Assembly: GCA_905234515.1 (NCBI GenBank)
Contig: CAJOIN010000004.1
Coordinates: 1,027-62,304, forward strand
Origin: an uncultured Selenomonas sp.
GTDB taxonomy: Bacteria; Bacillota; Negativicutes; Selenomonadales; Selenomonadaceae
Reading direction: 5' to 3'
Length of the DNA: 61,278 nt
Shown: piece after piece, positions 1 to 9,673 of the stretch
Numbering within the stretch: the stretch's first letter is position 1
Layout of the letters: each line of letters begins with the position of its first letter
The notes under the pieces: model-generated
The model's input: only the letters and a program-made list of their open reading frames with translations
What the model was told of the DNA's origin: nothing
Database searches by the model: none
Program-made: the position numbers and the translations under genes

Positions 1-835
1 GCAATGATACAGCCGCCGTATTTCTCTATTTTGTCAATAGCCCCCATCACGCCGTCACGCTGGAACTTATAGAGCTTATTCCAAATCAGCGACTCCTTGA
101 TGCCGGTCTTGGTCTTGATGATGGTTTCTTCCGTCAGTTCTCCCAGATAAGCCTCAAAGATATGATAGAGAGTAATGAAGTAGATGGCCTCCGGCGTATT
201 CTCCTTGTAGAGCACTTCCATTTCAGAAAGCACCTTTTCGGTCACATCTTCCACTACTGCCGGATTATTCCATATCCCCTCAAAGAGCTGCAGGAACCCC
301 TGGGTCATGGTTCTTCCGTACATGCAGGTATTGGCATCATTTCGTGCCGAAGGCGTAATGCCCAGGCCGTCACTGGAAAAGTCCACCGTCCCTTGGATGG
401 CAATGTCCCGCTCCGGGTCAACATTCTCCACATAGGCCAGCCGCATCTGCGCGGGATTGTTTTCCCGATAGGATTTGATGCTGACTTTCTTCCTCAGCCA
501 CTGCGCGCAATCCTTGGCAATAGCAGACTGTGTCAACTTATTTCGCAGCTTCAACTCAAATTCATTGCCGGACAGCCTGTTGCCCAACTCACGATGGGCA
601 ATGTAGAATTCACGCTGGAAATCCCTTTCCTGCTTGAGATATGACGGCGTGGTAAAGATAAAACGCAGTTCGTCTATCTGAGACAGCTCTTTTTTCAGTT
701 CTTCATAGGCGTAGATAGTGAAATATGCTGAAATTACAGACATTTTAGCCCCCGGCTCTATTCCCTGCCGAAGCTCCGAAGCTCGTCAATCACCCGCCCT
801 TGCTGTTTGTTGTCCAGTATCTTAGGTGGTCGCAT
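1..835 (-). pseudogene. SNF2-family helicase, N-terminal part (runs off the window), frameshifted near codon 20 by an 8-bp tandem duplication; family often found beside type III restriction-modification genes
   Basis: Manual translation: MRPPKILDNK...SVISAYFTIYAYEELKKEL...GNEFELKLRNKLTQ...LWNKLYKFQRDG-like IWNKLYKFQRDGVMGAIDKIEKYGGCIIA, approaching the Walker A motif. RBS GGGGGAG upstream. ccgaagct is duplicated at 768-783. In-frame ATG at 743 downstream of the shift. Confidence 0.7.
768..783. repeat. 8-bp tandem duplication (ccgaagct)x2
   Basis: Directly visible; removing one copy restores the helicase frame. Confidence 0.85.
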
Positions 836-986
836 AAACTCTCCCCCTGCGTAAAATTTGTCGGTAGCAGAGATACCTATTTCGCATACTTTAATTATAT
901 ATTCGTAATAAGAATATATCAACTTATTTACGTTAATTGCATAAGCATGCTACATCTTCCCCTATCATTATCATGGGGTGATGAAA

Positions 987-1343
987 ATGGCTTTCAGCGA
1001 CAAGCTTAGATACTACAGAACCTTCCAAAACTACAGCCAGGGGCAAATGGCTCAGGAACTTGGCATTAGTCAATCTGTTTATAGCAGGTATGAATCCGGC
1101 AAATTAGAGCCATCCCTAAATGCCTTGAAGAAAATTTCTTCCTCCCTGCATGTTTCCATTGATTACTTGCTAGAAAATTATGATAACGATTATTTGCAAG
1201 ATGTCGTTGACCTTGAATATTACATTCTCCATGGCAACTATTCCCTATACTCAAAAACTCCTACCCCCGATGACCGGCAGATGATCAGCACCATCATCAA
1301 AGCCATCTTTGACCGCAACAAAAAAAGCGGCAACGATCAGTGA
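987..1343 (+). CDS. XRE-family helix-turn-helix transcriptional regulator
   Basis: SQGQMAQELGISQSVYSRYESGKLEPS HTH_3 pattern; divergent from the helicase; ATG 987 follows GGGGTG. Confidence 0.88.
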   Translation: MAFSDKLRYYRTFQNYSQGQMAQELGISQSVYSRYESGKLEPSLNALKKISSSLHVSIDYLLENYDNDYLQDVVDLEYYILHGNYSLYSKTPTPDDRQMISTIIKAIFDRNKKSGNDQ

Positions 1344-1393
1344 GACTTGCCTCACTGATTTTACATATTGGCTTTTCGTTTCTTTTTCAGCTC

Positions 1394-2008
1394 TCAAAGC
1401 TGCGACCGTAGCCTCCAGGCCGTACCCAACGACTGTGCCAGATGATTGAGATCCTCAGCTGACTTCACCGGCAGCACGCAGCTGCTGCCGCAGTCTTGGC
1501 ACTGGAGCACGATACTCTCTCCCGTAAGCCCGGCGCTCACCTCCTGTGAGCCACAAGGACAAGAAAGATCTCCGTGGGCTGCCAGTTCGTGAACCCTGGT
1601 AAGCCCCTCCAGGAGGATTTGCTGCCGTTCCAGGAAACGGTCTCCATCCCCCGGGTGCATAGAATCATACTCGGCATCATTGAAATCAAGGAACTCGGCT
1701 ATATCCTGCCAGCGGCCTATATAGCCCAGCTCAAAGTGATCGTGATGACAATAGAGTTTTTCAAAGCGCAGCCTTTTCAACTGATGCCAGCTGTACTGCT
1801 GATGGCTCGTACCACCGCAGACGCCGCAGTGTATGGTGAGCCCCAGGCCGGCCTTAGGGCGCAGGATTGTCTCCCCCATCCGCTCCCCGCAGGCTCCGCA
1901 GCGAAGTTCCTGACGCTGCCGCCCGGAGAACAAAGGCACATCCAAAAGCTGCACTTTGCCACAGCGCTGACAATACAGTGCCACCGAGCAAAGCGTGTCA
2001 ATAAGCAT
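1394..2008 (-). CDS. Cys-rich hypothetical protein (several CxxC pairs, putative Zn-binding)
   Basis: CQRC, CGAC, CGVC, CPC, CQDC; RBS GGAGGAGG before ATG 2008. Confidence 0.75.
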   Translation of the reverse strand: MLIDTLCSVALYCQRCGKVQLLDVPLFSGRQRQELRCGACGERMGETILRPKAGLGLTIHCGVCGGTSHQQYSWHQLKRLRFEKLYCHHDHFELGYIGRWQDIAEFLDFNDAEYDSMHPGDGDRFLERQQILLEGLTRVHELAAHGDLSCPCGSQEVSAGLTGESIVLQCQDCGSSCVLPVKSAEDLNHLAQSLGTAWRLRSQL

Positions 2009-2130
2009 CCTTGTTCCTCCTCCCCTCAGAAACGGGCAACAGGATATGAATCTCCGTGGTCTTCCCTGAGCGGAGTCTTGCCTGTAAACCAAGCACCGGC
2101 ACACCTTCAATTCGGTGCTTTCTTTGCTAG

Positions 2131-2160
2131 ATATTTCGCCAAGGAAATAAAAAAATCCTT
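2131..2160 (-). promoter_or_regulatory. putative sigma-H-like promoter (AGGA-N16-GCGAAAT)
   Basis: aaggatttttttatttccttggcgaaat; similar motif at four other intergenic sites. Confidence 0.5.
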
Positions 2161-2189
2161 CTCTCTTATGACGGCTTCTAAATTAATTT

Positions 2190-2224
2190 AAAAAAGGCGC
2201 AAGCCCTTTTGAGACTTGCGCCTT
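2190..2224 (-). terminator. intrinsic terminator after pyrG
   Basis: aaggcgcaag / cttgcgcctt stem with T-tract on the minus strand. Confidence 0.75.
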
Positions 2225-2234
2225 AAGTATAATT

Positions 2235-3832
<1,598 letters not shown>

Positions 3833-3859
3833 TTAATGAACTATGAAAGGGACTTACCC

Positions 3860-4195
3860 TTACTCCTGGATGCTCTCCAGCTTCTTCTTGCGGGCGCTGC
3901 TGGCCTTGGCTGCGGCCTTGGAGCTGCTGCCGGCAGAGGATGAGCTGCGCACGTGACGCTTCACCTCGGGGGGATTCCACTCGGTCAGGCCCCACTGTCC
4001 GTCACCTTCGTACTGGAAGCGGCTGTCCATGTTGATGAGAGTGTAAACCTCAGAAATAGCGGCAGACAAAGACTGCACGGGCTTGCGCTTCTTCTCGATG
4101 ACATCCAGCACCAAATCCTTGTAGTACATGGTCTGGCCGGCCTGGGTGAGGACGTGGTAAGCCACATCCACTTCGGAACTATTGACAAAATCCAT
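3860..4195 (-). CDS. rpoE: RNA polymerase delta subunit
   Basis: YTLINMDSRFQYEGDGQWGLTEW motif; conserved argS-rpoE-pyrG order. Confidence 0.88.
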   Translation of the reverse strand: MDFVNSSEVDVAYHVLTQAGQTMYYKDLVLDVIEKKRKPVQSLSAAISEVYTLINMDSRFQYEGDGQWGLTEWNPPEVKRHVRSSSSAGSSSKAAAKASSARKKKLESIQE

Positions 4196-4240
4196 CTTGA
4201 AAAATCCTCCTAAAGCGATTTTACGGTGAAATTACGTTTA

Positions 4241-5905
4241 TTACATATGCTCCGGCGCAGAGACGCCCAGGAGCCCAAGGGAATGCTTGATAACATGGGC
4301 AGTAACCGTCACCAAAGCCAGGCGGGCCTCAGCCAGCGGTGCCTCCACGCCCACAATGCGGCACTTGTTGTAGAAGCTGTGGAAAAGAGCAGCCAGGTCG
4401 TAGCTGTAGCGGGCGATGCGCTGGGGAGCGTAGTCGGCGGCAGCCTTCTCCACTTCCTCAGGATAGGACTCAATCTTCTTGATGAGATCAACTTCGCTTT
4501 CATCGGTGAGAAGCTCAAGATTCACGCTGTCCGTGAGCTTCAGCCCCGTTTCCTCTGCCTGACGGAAAATGCTGCAGATGCGGGCATGGGCGTACTGTAT
4601 GTAGTACACCGGGTTATCATTGGACTTCTTTTTCGCCAAATCAAGGTCAAAGTCCAGCTGGCTGTCCAAGGAGCGCATGAGGAAGAAGTAACGGGCGGCA
4701 TCGGTGCCCACTTCCTCCATAAGCTCGTTCAGGGTCACGCTCTGGCCGGTACGCTTGCTCATCTTCACCAGCTCGCCGCCCCGGTAGAGAGCCACCATCT
4801 GCAAGAGCAGCACCGTGAGCTTCTCGGAATCATGGCCCAGGGCATCCATGGCGGCCTTCACCCGGCACACATAGCCATGATGATCGGCTCCCCAGATGTT
4901 GATGAGGCGGTCAAAGCCCCTCTCATACTTGTTGTGATGGTAGGCGATATCTGCCGCCAGATAGGTGGGCACACCGTTGTCACGGATGACCACGCGGTCC
5001 TTGTCATCGCCGTAAGCCGTGGATTTCAGCCAAAGAGCCCCATCCTTCTCATAGATGTTGCCGTTATCCTGCAGAATCTTCACGGCAGCCTTCACAGCCT
5101 CGGGGTGCAGGGTACGCTCGCTAAACCACTTGTCAAAGGTGACCTGGAAGGCCTCCAGGTCTTCCTTCAAGGCAGCCAGCTTCTCAAGGTAGGCCAAATC
5201 CTTGAAGATTGCCAGGCGCTCTGCCTCCTCCATCTTCAGGTACTTGTCCCCGTCCTTCTTGATGATGCGCTCTGCCGTATCAATGATATCTGCGCCGTGG
5301 TAGCCATTCTCCGGGAACTCCACCTGCACGCCAAAATGCTCAAGATAGCGGGCATTGACGGACAGGGCCAGATTGTCCATCTGGTTGCCGGCATCATTGA
5401 TATAGTACTCGCTTTCCACAGGATATCCTGCCGCACGAAGGATATTTACCAGGGCAGAGCCTGCGGCGGCGCCGCGGCCATGGCCCACATGCAGGGGACC
5501 GGTGGGGTTGGCGCTGACATACTCCACCTGAATCTTGGGAGCATCCTTCCGGGGCAGCTGGCCGAACGCCTCTCCTGCCTCAAGGATTTTGGCAAAGTCA
5601 TCATAGAGCACATTGCCCTTCAGATAAACATTCAAAAAGCCAGGGCCAGCAATCTGGGTGTGGTCCAGCCAGGCATGGCCGCCCTTTTCCAGACGCTCGG
5701 CAATGGCCTCGGCAATCTGACGGGGCGCCTTGCGGAACACCTTGGCCGACTGCATGGCAATATTGGTGGCAAAATCACCATACTCCTTCTGCGGCGGCAC
5801 CTCTAGATTTATTTCCGGCAGCGTGCCCTCAGGCAGCACACCATCAGCTATAGCCTGCTCAGCAGCCTGCTTGATGGCTTCGGACAAGAGATCCTTGATT
5901 TCCAA
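4241..5905 (-). CDS. argS: arginine--tRNA ligase
   Basis: EYVSANPTGPLHVGHGR, KMSKR, YIQYAHARICS. Confidence 0.97.
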   Translation of the reverse strand: MEIKDLLSEAIKQAAEQAIADGVLPEGTLPEINLEVPPQKEYGDFATNIAMQSAKVFRKAPRQIAEAIAERLEKGGHAWLDHTQIAGPGFLNVYLKGNVLYDDFAKILEAGEAFGQLPRKDAPKIQVEYVSANPTGPLHVGHGRGAAAGSALVNILRAAGYPVESEYYINDAGNQMDNLALSVNARYLEHFGVQVEFPENGYHGADIIDTAERIIKKDGDKYLKMEEAERLAIFKDLAYLEKLAALKEDLEAFQVTFDKWFSERTLHPEAVKAAVKILQDNGNIYEKDGALWLKSTAYGDDKDRVVIRDNGVPTYLAADIAYHHNKYERGFDRLINIWGADHHGYVCRVKAAMDALGHDSEKLTVLLLQMVALYRGGELVKMSKRTGQSVTLNELMEEVGTDAARYFFLMRSLDSQLDFDLDLAKKKSNDNPVYYIQYAHARICSIFRQAEETGLKLTDSVNLELLTDESEVDLIKKIESYPEEVEKAAADYAPQRIARYSYDLAALFHSFYNKCRIVGVEAPLAEARLALVTVTAHVIKHSLGLLGVSAPEHM

Positions 5906-5949
5906 AACATTTCCCCCTAAATTATTTTCCTATATAAAGGTAAATATCC

Positions 5950-6402
5950 TCAATTAAGCCTGTTATTCCCTCCGGAGGCAGAAAGCACCTCAATGTGCAG
6001 TGAGTTGCGACTATTGGGCTCACCATCCACCAGCAGGTCATACTCCACATCCAAAGTTCCCGACACAGAGCCAAACTCCACTTTCAGGGAATCGGTGCGC
6101 ACAGACAAATCCAGATTGCCAAAGGGAGTGCGGTATATGCTGTGGCTCTCTTCCTGGGGCAAAAACTCCTGGGACTGCTCCACCGCACCATGACGCAGAA
6201 GCATGGCCCTGTACTCATCGAATTTGAGCACAGTAGAAACCTTCTCTCCCTGGGCGATGGTGTGATCATCATAGAGCACATAATGCTTTCCGCCCCGCAG
6301 ACAGTGGCGGCCCTCAGCCATCATCTGGATGCGGGTTTCCTCGCCCTCTGTGTCGCGGTGAACACCGCTGACCTTTACCACGACCTGATCCATATCGCTC
6401 AT
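5950..6402 (-). CDS. DUF1934 (YwiB-like) beta-barrel protein
   Basis: YRTPFGNLDLSVRT motif; usual position upstream of argS. Confidence 0.8.
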   Translation of the reverse strand: MSDMDQVVVKVSGVHRDTEGEETRIQMMAEGRHCLRGGKHYVLYDDHTIAQGEKVSTVLKFDEYRAMLLRHGAVEQSQEFLPQEESHSIYRTPFGNLDLSVRTDSLKVEFGSVSGTLDVEYDLLVDGEPNSRNSLHIEVLSASGGNNRLN

Positions 6403-6629
6403 ATATCCGCCTCCGGCTTAAAAGGGATGCGCCCCCCAATCCGGAGGGCTGAAATCATCCTTACCTGCAAACAATACTGTTCCCTATTATAGCCTATCTA
6501 CTGCCCATTGCCAACAGGAAATTTAGGGAAATTTTCCCCCTGCTTAACCAGGCGAAAAATCACATATCTGACGCTATGACAGACTTTGACGTTTGATGTA
6601 TAATATCACTATCCTAAGGAGGAATATAT

Positions 6630-7472
6630 ATGCACCAGTATTTATTTTATATAGGAAATTTTCCTATCAGGGCCTACGGCCTGGTAATCTCACTTTCCAT
6701 CATACTAGCTACGGGAGCAGGATACTTTTTTGCCAAAAAGGAAGGCAAGGGTTATGAAAAGCACATTGTGGACCTGGGCATCTACTGCGGCATTGCAGGG
6801 CTGCTTGGAGCCCGTCTTTGGGATGTCTTCTTCTTTGACTGGGATTACTATTCCAACCACCTGAGCGAGCTGCTGGCAGTCTGGCAAGGGGGCATGGCCA
6901 TCCAGGGCGGTGTGCTCCTGGGAGTACTGACGGGAGTTTTCTATTGCCACCAGCACCAGCTTGATACGCTTCATTTAATGGATATACTGGCCCCTGCCAT
7001 CATCCTGGGTCAGGCTTTGGGACGCTGCGCCAATCTGCTGAACGGCGATGCCTTTGGCGCCCCCACCGGCAGCAGCTTCGGCCTTCTCTACCCGGAAACC
7101 ACCCTGGCCTTCCGCACTTACGGCAGTCAGCCCCTTTGGCCTGCCGAAGTCTGGGAGGGGCAGCTGGATATGGTCATCTTCGCTCTGCTGCTGATGTTCC
7201 GCTGCACCAAGCACGCCAAAGGCCAATGCTTTGCTTTGTACGTTTTCCTCTACAGCGCTGCCCGCTTCTGCCTGGAATTTCTACGGGGCGACTACACTGA
7301 GAAGGTGCTGGGCCTTATGACCAGTGCCCAGGCCACCAGCTCACTGCTGATGGCACTTTCAGCCCTGGCCTTTATGGCCGCCCATTTCTACGAGCTCCGG
7401 CAGAAGAGGAAACGCAAGCCTTCCCTCATAATCAACGCCACCAGGCAGAAAAAAGAAGGAATCCGGTCATAA
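6630..7472 (+). CDS. lgt: prolipoprotein diacylglyceryl transferase
   Basis: GARL, WQGGMAIQGG, GQALGRCANLLNGDAFG, RFCLEFLRGD; strong RBS. Confidence 0.92.
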   Translation: MHQYLFYIGNFPIRAYGLVISLSIILATGAGYFFAKKEGKGYEKHIVDLGIYCGIAGLLGARLWDVFFFDWDYYSNHLSELLAVWQGGMAIQGGVLLGVLTGVFYCHQHQLDTLHLMDILAPAIILGQALGRCANLLNGDAFGAPTGSSFGLLYPETTLAFRTYGSQPLWPAEVWEGQLDMVIFALLLMFRCTKHAKGQCFALYVFLYSAARFCLEFLRGDYTEKVLGLMTSAQATSSLLMALSALAFMAAHFYELRQKRKRKPSLIINATRQKKEGIRS

Positions 7473-7542
7473 TTGACGAATCAGAGGCTTATACACTATA
7501 ATATAATTTATGACATTACGCACAATAAGGAGGGTTCGGTTC

Positions 7543-8004
7543 GTGAAACTTAATGCAAGGCACCTGACGGTGGATTTGTATAACTGCAAAAATAGCCAGC
7601 TTACTGACATAGAACTCATTAAAGAAAACCTGGAAAAAGGTTTGGCACTGCACAACTTCCACCTCATCAACTTAAGCTCTGAGCAGGTGGATGAGACTCA
7701 TTTCACCCTTATGTCTATCCTGCATGAAGGCCATATTACTGTCCACGTATACAGTGACCTGAAATACGTGGCCATAGACATCTTCCTCTGCACGGAAAAT
7801 GCCCAGCCTGAGCAATTGTCCAAGGCCATGCGCTCATTCTTCAAGCCTGACAAGACCAAGACCACGCTCTTAAAGCGCGGCGATTTCACTGCCGTCAAGG
7901 AAATAAAGCCCAAGGTCAAAACCCATGTGGCCCCCCTTAGAAAGATTCACAACACCGGTGCCAAAGTCATACGCATTTTGGCCCATAGAAACAAAGCCAA
8001 TTAA
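7543..8004 (+). CDS. S-adenosylmethionine decarboxylase (SpeD)-family protein, atypical (EGH instead of ESH)
   Basis: RHLTVDLYNC, EGHITVHVY, YVAIDIFLC, LKRG; RBS AAGGAGG before GTG 7543. Confidence 0.8.
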   Translation: MKLNARHLTVDLYNCKNSQLTDIELIKENLEKGLALHNFHLINLSSEQVDETHFTLMSILHEGHITVHVYSDLKYVAIDIFLCTENAQPEQLSKAMRSFFKPDKTKTTLLKRGDFTAVKEIKPKVKTHVAPLRKIHNTGAKVIRILAHRNKAN

Positions 8005-8009
8005 CTATA

Positions 8010-8068
8010 GCCGCCCTAGAAACGAAACTATTGGTCAAAACCAATATGCTGCACACTAGGGCGGTTTT
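8010..8068 (+). terminator. putative terminator after the speD-like gene
   Basis: gccgccctag...ctagggcggtttt. Confidence 0.55.
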
Positions 8069-8100
8069 ATCTACAATCATTTATTAAGGATGTGTATATT

Positions 8101-9141
8101 TTGGATAACCCTGCCCCGTGTACCTGGCTTGCCATAACAAGTGTACTGCTGGCAATCCTTCTGCTGTTTTTCATGGTCTCCTGCCTTACTCTGACCATTC
8201 GCAACATCCTGCCCGCCAGGCTCAGCGAAGAATCAGAAGGAAGCTATACCCCTGTGTCCATCAGATGGCTCTCCCGCCTCTCTGCCCCCTGGCTCATGTT
8301 TATAAGCGGCATTGCCAGACTGCTGCTGCTGCTAAGCGGTGTCAATCCCCAGGAACAGGAAAGCGTCACTGAGGACGAGGTCAAGGACCTTATCGAGCAA
8401 GGCACAGAAGAAGGAACCTTTGAAAAGACAGAACAGGCCATGGTGGACAACATCTTCCACATGAGCGACCAGACCATCTACGCCCTCATGACCCCCAGGC
8501 CCCAGATGCTATGGCTGGATTTGGCCGACCCCCTGAAGCATAACCTGCGCCTCATCAGGGAAACTGCCCAGAATGTGTTTCCTGTGGGGCGTGACAGCCT
8601 GGATGATTTCTGCGGCGTGCTCTATGCCAAGGAGCTTCTGGATGCCACCTTGTCCAGGAAACCTCTGGATTTGGCCCAATATATACACAAGCCCATTTTC
8701 GTCCCCCGCTCCATGGAGACCTTCCGGGTTCTGGAAAAGATGAAGGACAACGACATACACGAAGCCATGGTGCTGGACGAGTACGGCGGTGTCATAGGCT
8801 TCGTCACCCTGACGGATATTCTGGAGGAAATCATCGGCGACACCATTGCCACCGGGGAGCCTGACCTTCCCCAAATCTCGGCCCGGGATGACCATTCCTG
8901 GCTGGTGGACGGTCTCTACTCCATAGATGACTTCAAGGAGCGCTTCAACATAGAGGAGCTCCCCGACGAGGACCATGACCACTACCAGACCATGGGCGGC
9001 TTCCTTACCTCCTATTTCGGTTATATCCCCAAACCGGGAGAAAAGAAAGACTGGCGTACTTATACTCTGGAAGTGCTGAAAATGGACAGGGCCAGAATTG
9101 ACAAAATACTGATTACAGAAAAACAGGATATGGAAGAATAA
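8101..9141 (+). CDS. HlyC/CorC (CNNM-CBS-CorC) family transporter-associated protein
   Basis: VTEDEVKDLIEQG, MTPR, VLDEYGGVIGFVTLTDILEEIIG, YQTMGG; short N-terminal membrane part. Confidence 0.88.
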   Translation: MDNPAPCTWLAITSVLLAILLLFFMVSCLTLTIRNILPARLSEESEGSYTPVSIRWLSRLSAPWLMFISGIARLLLLLSGVNPQEQESVTEDEVKDLIEQGTEEGTFEKTEQAMVDNIFHMSDQTIYALMTPRPQMLWLDLADPLKHNLRLIRETAQNVFPVGRDSLDDFCGVLYAKELLDATLSRKPLDLAQYIHKPIFVPRSMETFRVLEKMKDNDIHEAMVLDEYGGVIGFVTLTDILEEIIGDTIATGEPDLPQISARDDHSWLVDGLYSIDDFKERFNIEELPDEDHDHYQTMGGFLTSYFGYIPKPGEKKDWRTYTLEVLKMDRARIDKILITEKQDMEE

Positions 9142-9143
9142 AC

Positions 9144-9178
9144 AAAACCTCCCTTTGGCTGACGCCAAGGGAGGTTTT
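9144..9178. terminator. bidirectional terminator
   Basis: aaaacctccctt...aagggaggtttt between convergent genes. Confidence 0.75.
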
Positions 9179-9224
9179 GCTATAGGCAGCTATATAGGCC
9201 GGCCATAGACCGGGCCAGCCTTAC

Positions 9225-9662
9225 TCATTTTATCAGCTTAAATCTTTGCAAACGCATTTCCCTGTCCACTGCTATCTGGGCAGAGTCACGGTTTTCCTTT
9301 GCCACCATGTGCATCTTGGGCACTGGCTTCAGACTACCTTTGCCAGCAGCCTGCTTTTCCTTTTCCAAATAGAGGATTTCCAGCATATTGACCTGCTTCA
9401 GGTAGTCCTTCAGGTAGCCCTGCTTTCTGGCATAGCGGATTTTCCTGGCCAGCACCAGCACTGCCTCATCCTGAAGTTCCAAAAGACTTTCCCTCTCCAG
9501 GATGGCTTCGTCTATTTCTTCCTTAAGCCCCAGCTTTCCCAGGTAATCTATCAGCTCCCCGCGGAAATAAGCCAGGCGCATGCGCTCTTGAAGGCGCAGG
9601 GCTGCCCTGGTCAGAATGCCATCCAGACGCTCCTCAAAACCGCCATGCTTCAAGAAAAACAC
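9225..9662 (-). CDS. hypothetical protein with an internal helical repeat
   Basis: RBS GGGAG before GTG; directly follows the kinase gene. Confidence 0.65.
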   Translation of the reverse strand: MFFLKHGGFEERLDGILTRAALRLQERMRLAYFRGELIDYLGKLGLKEEIDEAILERESLLELQDEAVLVLARKIRYARKQGYLKDYLKQVNMLEILYLEKEKQAAGKGSLKPVPKMHMVAKENRDSAQIAVDREMRLQRFKLIK

Positions 9663-9673
9663 CTCCCACTTCT

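Noticed and set aside
162-644. 160-aa plus-strand ORF
   Set aside because: Antisense to the helicase frame, which the ORF track omits because it runs off the window.
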